64,000 nt of DNA from positions 124,001-188,000 of IMG/VR virus record IMGVR_UViG_3300027770_000026. One strand, written 5' to 3'. The translations under genes were made by a program, and so were the position numbers. Of this stretch, positions 1-8,554 are shown piece after piece; within the stretch, counting starts at the first letter, position 1; every line of letters begins with the position of its first letter. The notes beneath the pieces are model-generated. The model was given only the letters and a program-made list of their open reading frames with translations, was not told the origin of the DNA and ran no database searches.

Positions 1-1
1 T

Positions 2-1051
2 CAGCTCCTGCCAACGGTTGGGGTTAATCTTGTAAAGGTCAGCCACCTTAAGCGCGGCGCGCAAGCTGATCTCGCGCATCTTGTTCGCATTCTCAGTGAT
101 GAAATTCACAATCTCCGTCGACTGCTCTTCAGTGAAGCCGTACTTCTCAGCGTCGAACAGCGTACCCGTAGCAGCAATCTGACGCAACCGCAGCAGCTTC
201 TCGCGCGTGGTGTGGATGGTCAGGTCCAAGTAGTGGCAGCGCGACTGGAGTGCGTCAATGTGATCCTTCAGCTTCTTGCTCTTGATGTTATCGAACTTCA
301 AATTAGTAATGAAGATCACCGAACCCTTAAAGTCGAAAGCGTTGGGGATACCCTCACGACGCAGCAATGCGCTATCGCTGTTCCAGTGAATGCGCCGCCG
401 GCTGCTGCTGTCGAGCGCAGCCTTGAGGATGTTGAGGCTGAGGTCTTCAAGCAAGATGCTGTCGCAGTCGTCAAACACCAACACGCAGTTGGAGTCGCTG
501 AAGTCAAACAGCTTCTTGTAGAGGCCAATGGGCGTCATCGCACCCTTGACCACTTCGTGCTTGACGACCTTGATCAGCTTGTCAAACATGCTCGCTGTCT
601 CTAGCGTCTGTTCAACGCCGTAGCTCTTGCCCACGCCTGGGGCACCGCTCACAATCATTGCGCGGATGTTGCCTTCCTTAGCAGCCATCGTCATCTCGTT
701 GAGCACCTCAAAGCGGGCACCCACACGTTGCATGATCTGCTCGTCGGTCTCGTCAGTGTCAACGGGCGTCTCGTACATGACGTCGTCATCCTCGCTCTTG
801 TTAACAACAGCAGGCGTGAACGCAATCACGTTGTTGGGAATTTCGCTAGCAGCAACGGGCTGGATAGAGCGAATGCTCTCTACCGTAATACGGATGTTCT
901 TACCGGCGTAGTCGCCCATGTCGTTGCCAGCAAGTACAGTAACGAAGCCGCCCTTGGCGCCTTCCTTGTAATCCTGCACAAGGCGGAACGTCTGATTGCG
1001 GATCTGCATACCGCGATACTTACCGCTAGTAATACGAACGAAATTTGCCAT
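2..1051 (-). CDS. AAA+ family ATPase, early gene (3' end runs off window edge; absent from ORF track)
   Basis: ATG at 1051 (MANFVRITSG...) after a GGAGA RBS. The same frame reads ...AALKVADLYKINPNRWQEL at position 2 with no stop. Walker A SGAPGVGKS and Walker B-like VLVFDDCD. Confidence 0.85.
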   Translation of the reverse strand, partial: MANFVRITSGKYRGMQIRNQTFRLVQDYKEGAKGGFVTVLAGNDMGDYAGKNIRITVESIRSIQPVAASEIPNNVIAFTPAVVNKSEDDDVMYETPVDTDETDEQIMQRVGARFEVLNEMTMAAKEGNIRAMIVSGAPGVGKSYGVEQTLETASMFDKLIKVVKHEVVKGAMTPIGLYKKLFDFSDSNCVLVFDDCDSILLEDLSLNILKAALDSSSRRRIHWNSDSALLRREGIPNAFDFKGSVIFITNLKFDNIKSKKLKDHIDALQSRCHYLDLTIHTTREKLLRLRQIAATGTLFDAEKYGFTEEQSTEIVNFITENANKMREISLRAALKVADLYKINPNRWQEL

Positions 1052-1088
1052 TTGCTTGTTCTCCATATCGTTGTTCCCTATGTGTCGT

Positions 1089-1116
1089 ATTATACAGCCA
1101 TCCAGGTGCAGTGCAA
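1089..1116 (-). promoter_or_regulatory. sigma70-type early promoter TTGCAC-N16-TATAAT
   Basis: Perfect -10 and near-consensus -35 upstream of the ATPase RBS. Confidence 0.7.
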
Positions 1117-1139
1117 CTCTTTTTGGCAGAAAGAATTCT

Positions 1140-1223
1140 AATAAAATCAATAACTTAGCAAGGGCGCACGTAAGTCATTGACTCTACAGGGATTTTAGTT
1201 TTCCCAATAAAATCAACAACTTA
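1140..1223. promoter_or_regulatory. Cluster of three IHF-consensus-like sites (WATCAANNNNTTR)
   Basis: AATCAATAACTTA 1145-1157 (+), AGTCAATGACTTA 1171-1183 (-, one mismatch), AATCAACAACTTA 1211-1223 (+). Confidence 0.6.
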
Positions 1224-1257
1224 CGCAGCCTGGGGCTATTTTGAGCGTTTTTTAGGG

Positions 1258-1461
1258 TTAATCTACCCCAAAATCGTCGTCTAAATCGTCATCAACTTGG
1301 TTTTGCCACTTGCGCAGGTCTGCAGCAGTAGCACGACGGTAGTCGTGATCAGATGGTTCCACGCGATGCTTGAATTGGTCATCCTCGCGCAGGGCCCGGG
1401 CAACAGGGTTACGCTTGATAACCTTGCTGGGATTCTTCGACTTCATAACGCTCTTTTTCAC
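1258..1461 (-). CDS. small basic/acidic phage protein (RNPVA motif, weakly ArfA-like)
   Basis: 67-aa ORF with AAGGAG RBS, coupled to the upstream gene. Confidence 0.6.
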   Translation of the reverse strand: MKKSVMKSKNPSKVIKRNPVARALREDDQFKHRVEPSDHDYRRATAADLRKWQNQVDDDLDDDFGVD

Positions 1462-2168
1462 TCCTTAACAAGATAAAGCACACGATTTAGTTTGGTGGTG
1501 TTGCCGTCTATGTGCGCCTTAACGGTACCACGTATGTAAACGTAATCATCTTCGTAAACATCTTGCTTGCTATGCCAGTAGAGGTAGAGATTGCCATCGT
1601 CTCCCAGCAAAATATGTCCATTGGTTTCTTGATATACTGTGTTCTTTGAAGGAAATACACGCAACACAGTACCACGTACTTCAATACGGTCCTTGAGCTT
1701 GCCCACACAACGAGAGGTCAGTTTGGACCGTTCAATCAGCTCGCCACGACGCTGATTTTCGCGATGTGTAATATAGTAGCCGGGCTGGTTAACCCCAAAC
1801 GTAAAGTTAGTAGATTGGTTAACATCAACTTCTTCCTGCATAAACAGGGTGACTACAATCTTGCCATAGTTGCTGATCTTGCCTGCAATCATATCCAGCA
1901 AGCGACCACGCTGATACTCAATCAGTTCCTGCGCAAGAGCTCGGTCGTCCTCTGTAATTAGAGAGTCATCAGCTAGTGCTGCTTGAGCAAACTGTTGGCG
2001 TTTGAGCACATCAACATGCGAGTGCCCGTCTGGATACTGTTCTCCAATTACGCGATGCCCGCAAACCATTGCAGCCCAGAAATTCTCTGCAGGGATAAAA
2101 TTGGATACATGCTTGACTTGCTTTTTGGAACGCTTCACAACAAAGTCCAAATAACTGTAACAGCGCAC
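1458..2168 (-). CDS. hypothetical early protein with C-terminal OB-fold-like domain (start uncertain)
   Basis: C-terminal pattern G..K.RIEVRGTV...IRGTVKAH...TKLNRV. Candidate TTGACA-N17-TAATAT promoter at about 2169-2197 suggests the true start is slightly downstream of 2168. Confidence 0.65.
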   Translation of the reverse strand: MRCYSYLDFVVKRSKKQVKHVSNFIPAENFWAAMVCGHRVIGEQYPDGHSHVDVLKRQQFAQAALADDSLITEDDRALAQELIEYQRGRLLDMIAGKISNYGKIVVTLFMQEEVDVNQSTNFTFGVNQPGYYITHRENQRRGELIERSKLTSRCVGKLKDRIEVRGTVLRVFPSKNTVYQETNGHILLGDDGNLYLYWHSKQDVYEDDYVYIRGTVKAHIDGNTTKLNRVLYLVKE

Positions 2169-2200
2169 ATATTAATACGTTACTAGGGTTGTGTCAACTT

Positions 2201-2971
2201 TTATTTTGGGTCCAGTGGTTTTTCTATACCAGTTTTGGCACAATAGTCCTTAGTAGTATCCATCCAGGCAAATCTCTCCCATCCCCATTCGCCCTGATTT
2301 AGCCGGCGACCACGGGTTACTTCTCCAATATGGTTAACAATGGGAGAGCCGTCTGTGTTCTTAAGTGTGGATCCACATTGTGTTCCGTTTGTGCGTTCTT
2401 TGGCAGTTACCATTACTAAACCTTCACCCGGACACATATCAGTAGATTCTTTGATATTCATCTGAGATATCCAATAAGGATAAAAACATGCCATCGGACT
2501 AAAATAAGTATGTTCGTAATTAATTCGATAGTTATCTAAAATAACATCGTCGGGTCTTGTAAACTCTTCAACATCGCTAGCATACCAAATTTGTCTTTTT
2601 AGATTAATATGAAATAACTGTGGCAGCTCATTCATTATTTTAATAAGATCATCTATGTGCAACGGCTGCAGTAGTTCTACATCGTCTTCCTGATGCCAAA
2701 CGTAATCGTATTCTTTCTCACTTAATAGCTCATTGACATGTTGCCAAGTAGTTGATATACCTTGATTCTCTGCATGCAATACAATACGAGTATATCCATA
2801 CTTTTGAGCAAGAGCTTCAACGAACGTATCATTTCGACCCGTTGGCCAATCGTCAATAAAAATTCCATCTACTTCATGATCTCCAAAGTCTAAATTCTTA
2901 TGAAAAGACTCCAGAGTAGGTATTAGATATTTGAGACGGTTTGTGGAAAAAATTACTTTACAAATTCGCAT
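2201..2971 (-). CDS. glycosyltransferase, GT-A fold (family 2-like)
   Basis: FIDD, NQG and WHQEDD (DxD-like) motifs and a HIG motif near the C-terminus. Confidence 0.75.
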   Translation of the reverse strand: MRICKVIFSTNRLKYLIPTLESFHKNLDFGDHEVDGIFIDDWPTGRNDTFVEALAQKYGYTRIVLHAENQGISTTWQHVNELLSEKEYDYVWHQEDDVELLQPLHIDDLIKIMNELPQLFHINLKRQIWYASDVEEFTRPDDVILDNYRINYEHTYFSPMACFYPYWISQMNIKESTDMCPGEGLVMVTAKERTNGTQCGSTLKNTDGSPIVNHIGEVTRGRRLNQGEWGWERFAWMDTTKDYCAKTGIEKPLDPK

Positions 2972-2974
2972 GTG

Positions 2975-3430
2975 TTATACCTTTGCATCTTCCATGCCGG
3001 CGGTACGTAGCTTAACTACATTGTTTATCTGAAACTGTTTAGCATCCAAACTCTTGATGATGCCTAGCCATTTGTTACGCATAAGTGCGACTTCGTTAAC
3101 AAGTGTTTCATAATCAATAACTTCGTCCTCGCCGTCTGCATACTTATCTGCATCACGACTAGACAATGCTCGATTATAACTTTCCAAAAACTTTTTATAG
3201 TGTTTGGTTTTAATTTTGCGCAATTGGATATTAATATATTCCAATATTGCTTCAATCTCTTGTAGTTGGCAAAACCGCTGCTCTACCACTCCGGGCAGTT
3301 CAGCGGATTGCTTTTCTACTACTCCACGAAGCTGTACTTCGGTGCGGGCAACTTGATATTCATTTTCATAATAGTCCAGAGCATCTGGAATAGTAGAAAT
3401 GTCGCGTGTTACTTTATGGTACCAAGTCAC
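2975..3430 (-). CDS. uvsY: UvsY-like recombination mediator
   Basis: Helical 151-aa protein with LSSRDADKYADGE and KQFQINNVVKLRTAGMED, typical of UvsY, downstream of uvsX. Confidence 0.85.
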   Translation of the reverse strand: MTWYHKVTRDISTIPDALDYYENEYQVARTEVQLRGVVEKQSAELPGVVEQRFCQLQEIEAILEYINIQLRKIKTKHYKKFLESYNRALSSRDADKYADGEDEVIDYETLVNEVALMRNKWLGIIKSLDAKQFQINNVVKLRTAGMEDAKV

Positions 3431-3438
3431 CCATCACC

Positions 3439-3714
3439 TCATTCGTAATCGTCGTCGTCGCTAGAATCGTAACTATCTTCTTCCTCTTCTTCCTCTTCGT
3501 ATTCCTCAGAGACAGCAGAGTCTTTGGATAGAGTATTTAGATACTTGTCATGTTCACTTAATCCGTCGTAAACAGTAGCAGGGGCTTCCCATGCTCGCAA
3601 CCAATCGTAGACGTGTTGCGCAAGGTCTTCACGCTCCTTATCGGGAACGTATCCTAATACGATATCATACAATTCAAACAGTACATCTTCACTAAGTGCA
3701 TCATTATAAGCCAT
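3439..3714 (-). CDS. small acidic hypothetical protein
   Basis: 91 aa, GGAGA RBS, poly-E/D tail, between uvsX and uvsY. Confidence 0.75.
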   Translation of the reverse strand: MAYNDALSEDVLFELYDIVLGYVPDKEREDLAQHVYDWLRAWEAPATVYDGLSEHDKYLNTLSKDSAVSEEYEEEEEEEDSYDSSDDDDYE

Positions 3715-3745
3715 TAAATAGTCTCCAAACTAAATGCTAGCTTAC

Positions 3746-4834
3746 TTATTCAGCTTCATCTTCGGTGTCAACTTCCTTAGCGATTACGGGCAGGATCTTT
3801 GCGTTCTTAGTAGCAAACTCGTCCATGACTAAGTCTAGGATACCATTCTCGTTAGCCGCCCATGCCTTGCGGAAGTACTTGTGTTCAGTACCCTTAAGGT
3901 CAGTGTATACGTAACGATTGCCATCCTTCTTGACCATGTTCTTAGTTTCCAACATATCGAACAAGCCGCTGTATGGGTCCATACCCGTATCATATGGAAT
4001 CTTAATCTGCATGCTTTCAAATGGCTTGGCGTACCGTGTCTTCATAATCTTACACGCTGCACGGATACCACGTACTTCGCTAATCTTGTTACCGTCTTCG
4101 TCTTCCTTTAGCTTGAGCTTGCGCATGGCAACCACAATGCTACTGGCGTAGATAAAGCCTTGTCCGCCTGAGATCTTGTCGTCCGGGTCAAACATGTCCT
4201 GACTAGCGTAAGTGTGATTAGTACACACCATACCTATGTTCCAGTCACCAAACATGTTTACAGTGTTGCGTACTAGACTGGTTAGTGCCTTAGGTTTGCG
4301 ACCCATGTCACCCTTCATGTCACCAGCTTCAAACTGGTTTACGTCGGTTGGTGTAAGCAACATGCCCAAACTGTCAATTACGAACAGAATCTTTGGACGA
4401 TCTTCTTCCTGTGTAGTAGCGTAGGTATCCTTGTATTCCTTCATGAAGTCACTGATAGTCTTAGCTACTTCGTCAATCATGGCCATGTTGAGCTTGAGCA
4501 ACTTGCTTTCGCTAGTGTCTACACCCAAGGCCTTAAGCCATGTTTCATCCAGTGCATTTTCAGTGTCTACTAGTACAACGAAAATGCCCTGCTCCTGTGC
4601 ATTACGAATTAGATTGCCTGAGCAGATAAAGCTCTTGCCCGCACCTGATTCTCCTGCAAACACTGTTACCTTACCCAGTGGAACTCCACGATGGAAGTCA
4701 CCTGAGATAAGATAGTTTAGAGTATAATTGCCTGTGCTGACCCAAGTATCTGGATCACGAAAGCCAATACTCAATCCCTGAATACTCTTGGTTAGAGTTT
4801 TACGAAACTTTGAAATGTCAAATGGTTTTACCAT
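3746..4834 (-). CDS. uvsX: UvsX/RecA-like recombinase
   Basis: Walker A GESGAGKS, VDTENA, IDSLG and GGQGFIYASS motifs. ATG at 4834 preferred over GTG 4843. Confidence 0.95.
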   Translation of the reverse strand: MVKPFDISKFRKTLTKSIQGLSIGFRDPDTWVSTGNYTLNYLISGDFHRGVPLGKVTVFAGESGAGKSFICSGNLIRNAQEQGIFVVLVDTENALDETWLKALGVDTSESKLLKLNMAMIDEVAKTISDFMKEYKDTYATTQEEDRPKILFVIDSLGMLLTPTDVNQFEAGDMKGDMGRKPKALTSLVRNTVNMFGDWNIGMVCTNHTYASQDMFDPDDKISGGQGFIYASSIVVAMRKLKLKEDEDGNKISEVRGIRAACKIMKTRYAKPFESMQIKIPYDTGMDPYSGLFDMLETKNMVKKDGNRYVYTDLKGTEHKYFRKAWAANENGILDLVMDEFATKNAKILPVIAKEVDTEDEAE

Positions 4835-4858
4835 ATTATTCACTCACATGTTAAGAAC

Positions 4859-4882
4859 GTTGGGGTAGGTAACTACCCCAAC
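4859..4882. terminator. perfect hairpin GTTGGGGTAG-GTAA-CTACCCCAAC between gp32 and uvsX (terminator/attenuator or processing site)
   Basis: 10-bp perfect inverted repeat just after the gp32 stop, with only a weak U tail on the minus strand. Confidence 0.55.
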
Positions 4883-4892
4883 TACAAGGCTA

Positions 4893-5894
4893 TTAGGCCT
4901 TGTTCTGGCGTGCCTTGATGGCTGCGAGAATGTCTTCTGCTCGCTTGCTTGTGGTTGTTGCCGGTGCAGCAGTTACTGCAGGTTTGACTGGAACTTCAAA
5001 CTCTGTAGACGTACCGGCTGACTCAAAAGGGATATCATCATCCGCATCAACCACACGCGCCGCTGGCTTTGGGGCACTGCGCGGAGCAGCATCACCATCA
5101 CCACCTACGCTCAGACCCGATGGACGGAAGAACTGACCCCACTTGGCTGCGTCATATGGCTTACCATCTACGCTGGCTTCAAACATTTCCTTCATGACCT
5201 TAAGGGCCATTTCGGTTGGCTTGGTTGGGAGGAAGTCACGCAGACTGAACAGTCCGTGCTTCTCAATTGCTGCCATCTCAACGTCATTGAGCGCACGTTC
5301 ACGACGTGCATAGCTGCTGCTATTGTAGTCCGAGAACTTGCCCTTAACAGTCTTACTGACACGGAAGTCTGTGCCTTTGACATAGTCAGTTGGCAAGTTC
5401 TCCATATCTGGATCCATCAATGCTGCCTTAATTGGGGTAAACAACTGTGGGCTAATAATGAATCGACGAATTGGATTCTCGGGAAGATTGTCTTCTTTGA
5501 GCGAAGCCGGATCAACCACAAAGCCCTGGAACAAGTAAGTACGCTTCTTCCAATACTTACGACCCATTTCTTCCATGCTTGGATCCTTGAACCAAGTACG
5601 GACTTCAGCAAGGATTGGGCAATTCTCGCCCCACATTTCTACACATGGGACCTGCACCAATACTGGCTTGCTGCTGGGATCACCTGCAACGCCCGGGAAC
5701 GGAAGCTTGATCATTGCCTTCTCTACCCAGAAGAAAGTGTTGGTTTGATCACCATCTGGGAGGAAACGAATTGTTGCTGTTGTGTTTTCTGCGATGTTCC
5801 AATGCGGGAATACTGCATTGTCACCACCACCGCCGCCGAGGGCCTTTGACTCTTGTTGTGCTAGTTTCGCACGAATTTCTGCTAATGTTGCCAT
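4893..5894 (-). CDS. gp32: single-stranded DNA-binding protein, T4 gp32-like
   Basis: IRFLP, CPI, KGTDF..K.....DY..S motifs and C-terminal EDILAAIKAR. Adjacent to uvsX. Confidence 0.9.
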   Translation of the reverse strand: MATLAEIRAKLAQQESKALGGGGGDNAVFPHWNIAENTTATIRFLPDGDQTNTFFWVEKAMIKLPFPGVAGDPSSKPVLVQVPCVEMWGENCPILAEVRTWFKDPSMEEMGRKYWKKRTYLFQGFVVDPASLKEDNLPENPIRRFIISPQLFTPIKAALMDPDMENLPTDYVKGTDFRVSKTVKGKFSDYNSSSYARRERALNDVEMAAIEKHGLFSLRDFLPTKPTEMALKVMKEMFEASVDGKPYDAAKWGQFFRPSGLSVGGDGDAAPRSAPKPAARVVDADDDIPFESAGTSTEFEVPVKPAVTAAPATTTSKRAEDILAAIKARQNKA

Positions 5895-5957
5895 TTTAAT
5901 AAACTCCTAGTTTTCCTTAGTTTCTACGTAACACCATGCCACTGCATGATGTACACT

Positions 5958-5987
5958 ATTATATATGCCTAGGAGCTGTTAAGTCAA
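5958..5987 (-). promoter_or_regulatory. sigma70-type promoter TTGACT-N18-TATAAT for the gp32-uvsX-uvsY operon
   Basis: Near-consensus hexamers upstream of the gp32 leader. Confidence 0.7.
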
Positions 5988-5991
5988 ATTT

Positions 5992-7752
5992 CTATTTGAG
6001 CCCCAAGCCGTTGCGTGTGGCTTGGTAAAGTGTTTGGCCTTTTACTTTCAGTTTTGAGTTCACACCTGTTAATTGGAAGAAGCGTTTTTCATCACCGGCT
6101 GCTGCAGCTTCACGTGCCTTACTGCCGCTAATACCTTCTACGCCCTTGCTGTCTGGATCACGTTCGCCGCTGCTGGCAAAGTTTAGCACCACATGTTCGC
6201 GTCCTTTTGGACCACGAGCAAAGTCTGTAGTACGCACCAGACCACTGTTCCAACTGTTGAGTAGTTTTTCGATACTCTTTGGTCCCGCACCAATTCGATC
6301 CGATCCACCCACAAAGGTCATGTTACGATAACCCTGTTCGTATAGATAGTTGGCTGCGTCAATTGGTGTTTTGAATGCGCCCGATATAATATTCCCTGCG
6401 TATGCTGGATAGATCTGTTTGATAAATTCTGCTTTGGTTTGTGGATCCAACGGATTCTCATCATTATCAACAGTACTGCTGAGGAATATAAATGCCTTAT
6501 CACCACCTGCTTCCACAGTAGTTTGCATCAATTGCTTGTGTCCAAGTGTTGGTGGATTCATTCTACCAAAGCAAAATACTGCTTTGGGCATGGTGCTCTT
6601 GGTTGCAATCTCTTCCGGAGACACTGCAAACTTGGCGCGCAATGCTCGTGTAAAACCTAATCGGTCTACCAACTTGACATTACCACCACCAAATACATAG
6701 CCTTCATGTCCGGCGTCGCCGTTGATCTCAGCATGCACTGCGCTGTTCTTTACCTGCTTGTCTACTTGTTGTTTAACATGTAGCTTGAGATCTGTGAGTA
6801 CAGCCCACATTTCCCACAATGCTTCAAGACCTTTGGCTCCATCTTTTTGATATAGCCAACCGTCTTTGTTTTCGCCCAGCAGTTTCTTTGCTGCCGCAGG
6901 GCTTAGTTGTACTTGGAGATAATCCATAAAGCGAGGCACAATGCGAGAGCTTACATCATTCTCGTCAATCATTTGTGAAATAAACTTGCTCATTGCGGTA
7001 AGCACAGTCTTGGCCTTCATGCCTGCAAGGTCATTGATAAACTTGTTAACAGTGTCTGTATTACTTGCAACTGTACGTTTGGCTGCGGACAACTGTTGCT
7101 TGCCGATTGTAACCTTAGGTGTGTCCTTCATCTCACCCGTAAAGAACACAATGCCTGCACCTTCGCGTAACCCTTGTAATCCACGTAGAGGAATACTAGC
7201 CGATGTTAAGCTAGGGAAGAATGTGTGTACAGCAATACCGCCGTTGCTACGAGCAATGTCCTTACCAAGTGGAGTTTCCACTCCCACAGAGTATTTTACT
7301 GTGCGTGGCTGGAATACGTATTCGCCATTCTTTGTGTCTGGTTTTCCATACCACATGAGGTCGCCAAACCAATACTGGTCTGCTTTCTTAGGTACAATCT
7401 TTTCTAGCAAAGGGCGTATTGCGTCCTCTGCTTCCCATAATTCTACACGTTGAGCGCCACGTGGTTCGTCATATGCACGTATGGTACTAAACTCTGCTTG
7501 GCCTTTGGCTACTTTAGCAAATTGATAATGGTCAACAAATACTACCTTACCTGCAGCATCACGACCAAATACAATGCCTACACTGCCGTCCCATTTAATG
7601 GACAGTTCTTGCGGATTGGCTTCTAGATTAACTAATGCTTCTAACGCTCGCTTGCCACCATCGGGTTCTGTGACCCAGTCCTCGATGTGAGCTGTACCTG
7701 CTTCAAGCAGCGTACGCTTTGCTTTATGCTGCAATACTTCAAATATTTTCAT
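5992..7752 (-). CDS. fusion: ligase-type nucleotidyltransferase domain (KWDG; DUF6267-like) plus HxGH cytidylyltransferase-like domain
   Basis: SIKWDG, GHEGYV and KLVDR motifs, then FGRMNPPTLGH, GGSDR and ISGSKAR. Likely start MKIFEV at 7752. Confidence 0.75.
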   Translation of the reverse strand: MKIFEVLQHKAKRTLLEAGTAHIEDWVTEPDGGKRALEALVNLEANPQELSIKWDGSVGIVFGRDAAGKVVFVDHYQFAKVAKGQAEFSTIRAYDEPRGAQRVELWEAEDAIRPLLEKIVPKKADQYWFGDLMWYGKPDTKNGEYVFQPRTVKYSVGVETPLGKDIARSNGGIAVHTFFPSLTSASIPLRGLQGLREGAGIVFFTGEMKDTPKVTIGKQQLSAAKRTVASNTDTVNKFINDLAGMKAKTVLTAMSKFISQMIDENDVSSRIVPRFMDYLQVQLSPAAAKKLLGENKDGWLYQKDGAKGLEALWEMWAVLTDLKLHVKQQVDKQVKNSAVHAEINGDAGHEGYVFGGGNVKLVDRLGFTRALRAKFAVSPEEIATKSTMPKAVFCFGRMNPPTLGHKQLMQTTVEAGGDKAFIFLSSTVDNDENPLDPQTKAEFIKQIYPAYAGNIISGAFKTPIDAANYLYEQGYRNMTFVGGSDRIGAGPKSIEKLLNSWNSGLVRTTDFARGPKGREHVVLNFASSGERDPDSKGVEGISGSKAREAAAAGDEKRFFQLTGVNSKLKVKGQTLYQATRNGLGLK

Positions 7753-7756
7753 GCTG

Positions 7757-8551
7757 TTACTTACTGTGTGGGAATAGATGCTTGACTGCGTTCCACTTCT
7801 TAGGAACAACTTTCAGCACACGTTCCAAACCTGAGATACTGGATATGTCGCGACCATTCGCATGTGTGCCCACCATAAGTTTAGCAACGCCATCCTTATC
7901 TGCCCAACTAACTAAGACTCTGCCAGTTTCACGATCTACTACGCCCTTGTCTGGACTTAGCTGTAGCGCACTGTTTGGCTTTCCCTTGGCGTCAACAATT
8001 TCTGTCTTGCCGCTAACGGGACTAGGTGTCATCTTGATCAGTGTGGGCCATATTTCTAACCAAAGGTCTCCGCCGCGCATAGTAGGATCAGTGGAGTAGT
8101 CCATCTGATGTCCTTTAATTGCAATGGCTGCATCAGGTTTAACAATTAGGTCCACTTGTGCAAACTTGTCTTGATCAAATCTCACAACACAGTTAAGTGA
8201 CGCTCCGTTGTTTTTGATACCTTTCTCAGTAAGAGCTTGTGCCAACTTCTGCTTGCTACCTTTAAGGTCCTTATCGGAAAATGCACTTAGTACATCTTTT
8301 TCATCTAGCATGATGTCAATGTCGCCAGAATCTTTTTTACGATTGTTTGGGTCGTAGTATGGATGTGTTTCATCCCATATGCCCGCGCCGCCCATAGTCC
8401 AGTCGGCATGCTTGACGCCCACTGCAAGTAGTATCTTAGACAACTTGTCTTTGATTTCTTTAAAGTCTTTTTTAGTGACCCGTGTGACAGATACGCCCAT
8501 CTTCTCAGCGGCCTTCTGACTCATCTCTTGCAGTAGTTCTTGTATCTTCAT
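7757..8551 (-). CDS. Pol-beta-superfamily nucleotidyltransferase-like protein
   Basis: GGAG...DSGDIDI and QVDL motifs. Confidence 0.7.
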   Translation of the reverse strand: MKIQELLQEMSQKAAEKMGVSVTRVTKKDFKEIKDKLSKILLAVGVKHADWTMGGAGIWDETHPYYDPNNRKKDSGDIDIMLDEKDVLSAFSDKDLKGSKQKLAQALTEKGIKNNGASLNCVVRFDQDKFAQVDLIVKPDAAIAIKGHQMDYSTDPTMRGGDLWLEIWPTLIKMTPSPVSGKTEIVDAKGKPNSALQLSPDKGVVDRETGRVLVSWADKDGVAKLMVGTHANGRDISSISGLERVLKVVPKKWNAVKHLFPHSK

Positions 8552-8554
8552 GCG

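Noticed and set aside
212-1181. Several plus-strand ORFs in the track
   Set aside because: They lie antisense to the AAA ATPase (2-1051), which has clear Walker motifs and an RBS.
1140-1223. dif/Xer or att site interpretation of the repeated motif
   Set aside because: Lacks the XerC/XerD 11-6-11 layout and no integrase is present in the window. The IHF consensus fits better.
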